Shown here one piece after another: positions 59,394-64,000 of a stretch of 64,000 bases of DNA. This DNA comes from an uncultured delta proteobacterium (GTDB lineage Bacteria; Bdellovibrionota_C; UBA2361; OMII01): NCBI GenBank assembly GCA_903904735.1, contig CAIVDM010000220.1, positions 20,320-84,319 of the forward strand, in the 5' to 3' direction. Position 1 is the stretch's first letter. Every line of letters starts with the position of its first letter. The translations under genes were made by a program, and so were the position numbers. The notes beneath the pieces were generated by a model. That model was not told the origin of the DNA. It ran no database searches and worked only from the letters and a program-made list of their open reading frames with translations.

Positions 59394-60632
59394 CTATTTG
59401 GAGGTCTTGCCCTGATCGGAAATCGGCATAAGTGGAACGGCCTTGTACCAAAGCCACAGGTTATCAGCCGCCCGCAGGGCTTCAGCTGACTTATTCGTGG
59501 CGAAGGTTAGGTAAACACTGCGGGGGTCGCCGGAGTTCGTGGGGATCTCACTAAGCGTCTCCGCTCCATCGGCTCGAAGTGACGCTGATAGCAGCTTCTC
59601 TGATTGGGCGAAGCCAGTCTTACTTGCTATCGAGAACGCCGCTATGTTGAAACCGCGAAAATGATATTCTTGGTCCTCCACGTTCAATTTCAATTGAATC
59701 GTGCGATCCGCTATGTTCACGGACTCAAGCGACACCAGGGCGGAGGGAGGTAGCGTCAGCTGCCGCGCTAGGTTACCTAATACGAACATGAGTCCTATAA
59801 CGAGCGTTAAGATTCCGGCGCGAGGCGACAACAGCCTTCCGAGCTTTGGGCCACCTTGAGTCTGCAGGGTCGATAAACGCTCGGTTCGATAAGGATCGAG
59901 ACCTGCCGCTCTCCACGCCTGCTCGTCAAAAAAAGCGAGCGCGCATCCAAGAGCGGTGTAGGTACTCCCTATCCAAAATACGCCCTCCGCGATTGAGGCA
60001 ATCGTGGTCCATACAATGGACCGCCCATCGGGCGCCGGCACCAGCGAAAGACCGACGAACAGCACCGTAAACGCGGTGGGACTCACTAAGCTTTTCAAGG
60101 CCATCATTGGGTCGCGACGAGCGACTTCTCGCGAGGCGGCGATTCCCTGACGGACTCCCATACCGAAAACTGACACTGTCGCGAAGTAGAAAAGAACCCG
60201 CAGACACCACAAACACCCAACCACGAAGAGAGCCAAGAAGATGAACTCCAAACCTGAATTAAGCGTCAACACAAACATGTTCAAAGGCATCAGCATCACG
60301 AACGAGCTCGCCAACGACACGGCCGCCACTCTGCTCACCGTTAACGCGGGCGCTACATTAAGGCGTTTGGTCGCGGATAACCTGCGGCGCCATCGTAGCG
60401 CGATGAAGGTCACTACTCCTATCTGAACCAGTCGGTCAAAGACCATCAGACCAGTCCACCACGCTACTCCGAGAGAAGAGGCATAGAGTCCCAAGAATGT
60501 CGGTATAGCCAAGATTAACAGGAGCGGAACGAGAATGGCCGAGTCATTGCGAACTAGCCCGGCGGCGATTCTAAAGGGATCAAGGATTGAATCTCTGGAT
60601 GTGCTAGTCGTGGAAAGATTGGTAGGGGGCAT
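59394..60632 (-). CDS. hypothetical multi-pass membrane protein with C-terminal soluble domain
   Basis: 412 aa, about 7 TM segments then a beta-rich tail. Confidence 0.7.
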   Translation of the reverse strand: MPPTNLSTTSTSRDSILDPFRIAAGLVRNDSAILVPLLLILAIPTFLGLYASSLGVAWWTGLMVFDRLVQIGVVTFIALRWRRRLSATKRLNVAPALTVSRVAAVSLASSFVMLMPLNMFVLTLNSGLEFIFLALFVVGCLWCLRVLFYFATVSVFGMGVRQGIAASREVARRDPMMALKSLVSPTAFTVLFVGLSLVPAPDGRSIVWTTIASIAEGVFWIGSTYTALGCALAFFDEQAWRAAGLDPYRTERLSTLQTQGGPKLGRLLSPRAGILTLVIGLMFVLGNLARQLTLPPSALVSLESVNIADRTIQLKLNVEDQEYHFRGFNIAAFSIASKTGFAQSEKLLSASLRADGAETLSEIPTNSGDPRSVYLTFATNKSAEALRAADNLWLWYKAVPLMPISDQGKTSK

Positions 60633-60723
60633 AACACGCTTCTATCATAATGCCCCCCACAACAGTATCAGTTGGGACAAAACCTTATCATATCATTTTT
60701 TAAGGGAGTGGACTCTTAATCAA

Positions 60724-61023
60724 CTATTGGAGCCAGGGAAGCTCATTCTCAAGATTCTTCAAGACGTCTCGCAAATCAACTCCAGAGGGAGCAATCACAA
60801 CACCACCATCAACTTGGCGAGCTATCTTACCGAGGAAGGCCTCTTGCTCATCATCAGAGGCGCCTAGCTTGACCTTCTTGATTCGGTCCGCTCCGAGAAG
60901 CTCCATCTCATCCTCTAGCAGATCCTTCTCGTGAGCGAGAATGACAAGTCGGTGTCCGTTGATACACACGGAAGCTGGTTTTTTGCCTGTATAGGGAACA
61001 AAAAAATTATCCATATGACTCAT
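60724..61023 (-). CDS. small hypothetical protein
   Basis: 99 aa, GAGG RBS-like site upstream, protein-like composition. Confidence 0.65.
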   Translation of the reverse strand: MSHMDNFFVPYTGKKPASVCINGHRLVILAHEKDLLEDEMELLGADRIKKVKLGASDDEQEAFLGKIARQVDGGVVIAPSGVDLRDVLKNLENELPWLQ

Positions 61024-61231
61024 AAGCTTGCCTCAAGGTTTTCATCAAACTTCCTCTTTGGAAAGCCTCTTTGACAGCAATTTAATCATCACTATGCGTG
61101 ATTTCAAGACCAAGTGATAGCTTGATAGTCACACTCCAAGCGAGTAATGAGAGAGGTAACGTCCTGATTTAAGGGAAGTAGCCGGCTCTTCGGTGGATCA
61201 ACGGACCAGGGAGATTCGGGGCAATTCACCG

Positions 61232-62149
61232 CTATAAAGTTTTATATATTTTCCCGGGAAGAAGTTGTCCCACTATAGATTCGAGTAAGCGGGCAGCCTG
61301 GCAGACCCGACCAATATCTACTCCAGTCTCGACCCCGAGCGACTCACACAAGTATAGCACATCCTCTGTCGCCACGTTACCGGAGGCACCAGGAGTGAAC
61401 GGACACCCTCCTACTCCGCCTACTGAGCTTTCAAAGGTCGCGATACCCATCTGAAGTCCTACGTACACGTTAAGAAGCCCCAGCCCCCTCGTGTCGTGTA
61501 GATGCAACGAAACGGGCACTCCTAATTTTTGCACGGCGGTCACGCACTGCTCGAGAGAATGAGGATTCGCCAAGCCAACCGTGTCGGCGAGGCATATCTC
61601 CCCCGGGGATTCCCCGTACTTTTTCAAGACCTCTAAGTATCGTGAGACCACTGTCGTGACTCGCTCTGGACTGATAGGCCCCTCGTAGTTACATCCAAAG
61701 GCATTCGATACCATCAGACCGTAAACGCTCTTTCCATAAGAACGAAGCAACGAGCACCAACCGGGGATATCGTTAATTCCTTTATCTGGCGATGAATTGG
61801 TATTTTCACGCAGAAAAGTCTCGCTCGGCGATGTGTACAACCACCCTTCATTGGACAGCTTCCCTGTGGCCTCCGCGCGCTCGAATCCCTTCTGGTTCAA
61901 GTATAACGCCTTCCAACTCGTATTCCGACGCTCGGGAAGATGGCGCACGAGATCCTCAGCGTCCGCTAATTGCGGAACCTTATCCGGACGAACAAATGAA
62001 GTCACTTCTATCTGAGTGAGACCAGCGTCAGCTAAAAGCGTTATTAGCTCAAGCTTGCGGTCCGTTGGAACAACAGTGGGGATATTTTGGAAACCCTCGC
62101 GAGGTCCGACTTCTCTAATCAACACTCGTCGAGGGATGTTTGTATTCAT
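61232..62149 (-). CDS. hydroxymethylglutaryl-CoA lyase family (DRE-TIM)
   Basis: REVGPREGFQN, TSFVRPDKVPQLAD, LADTVG, HLHDTRG, GGCPFTPGASGNVATED; start reset to ATG 62149. Confidence 0.87.
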   Translation of the reverse strand: MNTNIPRRVLIREVGPREGFQNIPTVVPTDRKLELITLLADAGLTQIEVTSFVRPDKVPQLADAEDLVRHLPERRNTSWKALYLNQKGFERAEATGKLSNEGWLYTSPSETFLRENTNSSPDKGINDIPGWCSLLRSYGKSVYGLMVSNAFGCNYEGPISPERVTTVVSRYLEVLKKYGESPGEICLADTVGLANPHSLEQCVTAVQKLGVPVSLHLHDTRGLGLLNVYVGLQMGIATFESSVGGVGGCPFTPGASGNVATEDVLYLCESLGVETGVDIGRVCQAARLLESIVGQLLPGKIYKTL

Positions 62150-62180
62150 CAGAGCCGAACCCGCTCGAGCATAGCTCGCA

Positions 62181-62552
62181 CTACTCGGTGAACTCTTCGA
62201 TAAAGACCCGACAGTCATCGTCTTCGCCGAGACGCAGGCAAGACTCTTTTCGAGTCAGGCAGAACGTGCGGTGCGCCCTTGATTCGGCGTCTCGCGCTTG
62301 CGGGTTATTAGCCAGTCCCTCGGCGGTATCATCCGCGTCAAACAGGCAGTTCATGTAAGCCTTACTGACTTTTGACCGAAACGCGTCAGCTGTCGCCTCA
62401 GCCCCTGCTGTGTGCATCGCGGCCACCGTCTCTTGCGCCTTCTCTGTCGCTGTCGCCGATACTTTCGTATCAAGCGCGACTGCCGAACTAGATAGCGCCA
62501 GTCCACAGGCTAAGAAAAAAACTGCTAGAAAGAAAACTCGTGATGACCTCAT
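62181..62552 (-). CDS. small secreted Cys-containing hypothetical protein
   Basis: signal peptide ending AVA; four Cys in the C-terminal half. Confidence 0.65.
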   Translation of the reverse strand: MRSSRVFFLAVFFLACGLALSSSAVALDTKVSATATEKAQETVAAMHTAGAEATADAFRSKVSKAYMNCLFDADDTAEGLANNPQARDAESRAHRTFCLTRKESCLRLGEDDDCRVFIEEFTE

Positions 62553-62566
62553 AGGTACCTCTCGAT

Positions 62567-63415
62567 CTATCCCTGCGGGTATAACCTCGCCCGAATTTCA
62601 CTGATGAAGCGTTCCTGCCCGGGAGAGCGTCCTCGAATGCCATCCACTATCGAAACGAGCTCCGCCTTCTCCTCCGCTGTAGTGGTCAAATACGAGAGAG
62701 AATCGGCGGCTTCAACCGGCACGAACGCGCCGCGCAAGGCCAGCGCTTTTAAAGTATCCTTGGCGACTTGCCGGTGAACCTCAGATTCACTTAGTAGTTT
62801 CGCTAAGCCTAGCGCTGACAGCTCCGACATTGAGCGTCGCGCCGATTCCGGGGAACCTGTTTGCTCCCAAGCGTTCGCCGAGAGAATCGCTCGAGTCGAT
62901 TCGTAGTCACCAAACCGGCCCGCTACGAGTCCCTTGTAGAGCCCGACGAGAGGATCAAAGTGCTTCTGCGTCTCGAGCGCGGCGACCATAAGGTTTAACT
63001 TCTGACGACTATCGGTCGCCTCTTTTCCCTTCTCATCAACGCGGGCGGTCAATTCCTGCTTCTTAGTGGCGTCGCTCTCGAGAGACTGTTGTTCACGAAG
63101 ATTAGCGAGCGCCTCCTGCTTCGATACGAGGGCGCCATATGCCTCTTGAATCTCACTGAGCAACATCGTCGCGTCTGCGCTCTTCTTAGCGGCCGTGGTC
63201 GTGAAAACATTGTAGGCAATCATGCCGAGCGCTATGGCCACAGCGGTCACTGTTAGTGAGACCCAATGCTTTACGATGAAACGAACAAAAGCGTCGTTTT
63301 TCGCGGCTTCTTGAATAGCCGGATCCTCAAAGATATTTCTTGTTGGAACGGCGGCGCTCGAGCTTTTAGATTCAGGAATAGAGGCGGTAGTCACAGGTGA
63401 TTCTCTCTTAGACAA
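62567..63415 (-). CDS. single-TM helical periplasmic protein (YfgM/TPR-like)
   Basis: FI.KHW then TM, then coiled-coil/helical repeats. Confidence 0.55.
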   Translation of the reverse strand: MSKRESPVTTASIPESKSSSAAVPTRNIFEDPAIQEAAKNDAFVRFIVKHWVSLTVTAVAIALGMIAYNVFTTTAAKKSADATMLLSEIQEAYGALVSKQEALANLREQQSLESDATKKQELTARVDEKGKEATDSRQKLNLMVAALETQKHFDPLVGLYKGLVAGRFGDYESTRAILSANAWEQTGSPESARRSMSELSALGLAKLLSESEVHRQVAKDTLKALALRGAFVPVEAADSLSYLTTTAEEKAELVSIVDGIRGRSPGQERFISEIRARLYPQG

Positions 63416-63563
63416 AGCTTGTAGGCTGGTGGTAGCAGAGGGATAAAAAAATGTACAGGTGAAACTGGCGTCATTTTCGCGAACACTAAGTCAGCCCGTC
63501 AGAGAAACCGTCCTCGAACGGAGCTGTTTTCACAATCGCGCGACTCTGCGCCAGGAACATCTT

Positions 63564-64000
63564 TCACATTTTGTACTTAAAGTCCTCCGGATCCAGGTTA
63601 CTCAACAACTCCTCCCATTTGTCCTTATCGATACCGGTGAAATCCTTCGACTCCTCTTCGGTTTCGGCATCAGCTTCCTCGGCGGGCTCGCCTTGGCCAG
63701 CTTGAGACTCCTGGGACTTCGCGTCGGAAGATTGGCTGCCCGGGGACGAAAGCGGATTGGAACCGGCGAACGCTATCTTCGCTTGTTCCAGCACAGTCTG
63801 GGCGACATAAATGGGGGCCGACGCACGCAGCGCCATCGCGATGGCGTCACTTGGTCGTGAGTCGAGAACTATAACTCTATCTCCTTGGCCTAGAACCAAC
63901 TCGGCGAAATAGGTTGACTCCTTTAGTTCGGTAATGACTACCCTTTGTACGGTCACTCCGACTTCGTGTAAAAGATCGTAAAATAGATCGTGTGTCAGTG
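63564..64000 (-). CDS. bifunctional nuclease (DUF151) family, 5' end outside the window
   Basis: frame open to the edge with THDLF; VQRVVITELKESTYFAEL, LDSRPSDAIAMALR, LSNLDPEDFKYKM. Confidence 0.88.
   Translation of the reverse strand, partial: LTHDLFYDLLHEVGVTVQRVVITELKESTYFAELVLGQGDRVIVLDSRPSDAIAMALRASAPIYVAQTVLEQAKIAFAGSNPLSSPGSQSSDAKSQESQAGQGEPAEEADAETEEESKDFTGIDKDKWEELLSNLDPEDFKYKM

Overview
A 64 kb chromosomal window from a moderately GC-rich bacterium. The tig-clpP-clpX-lon order, HrpA, a DapL-type aminotransferase and the Tad/Ser-Thr kinase content suggest a deltaproteobacteria-like, possibly predatory (Bdellovibrionota/Myxococcota-like) lineage; this taxonomy is inference only. Most of the window is housekeeping: dapL, hrpA, plsY, rpe, tig-clpP-clpX-lon, a second orphan clpX, tRNA-Val(TAC), tRNA-Leu(TAG), rsmE, pduO and an HMG-CoA-lyase-like gene. 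It also holds an isolated motAB stator pair, a large PQQ-type beta-propeller/PKD surface protein and a doubly frameshifted HD-domain gene. The stand-out feature is a co-oriented, largely tightly packed minus-strand locus of about 15 kb (34380-49332). In transcription order it reads PP2C phosphatase, FHA-like protein, Ser/Thr kinase, CpaE/TadZ, Flp pilin, CpaB, TadA, TadB, TadC, an SctV-type (T3SS export gate) protein, a membrane pseudokinase and a CxxS thioredoxin-like lipoprotein. This is a Tad pilus motor physically linked to a lone type III export-gate subunit and a phosphothreonine switch, a candidate hybrid Tad/T3SS-like contact-dependent machine. Several sigma28-like promoter motifs lie upstream of this locus, motA and the orphan clpX. 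No CRISPR array, integrase, transposase or rRNA was seen. All calls come from reading motifs by eye; no database searches were run.
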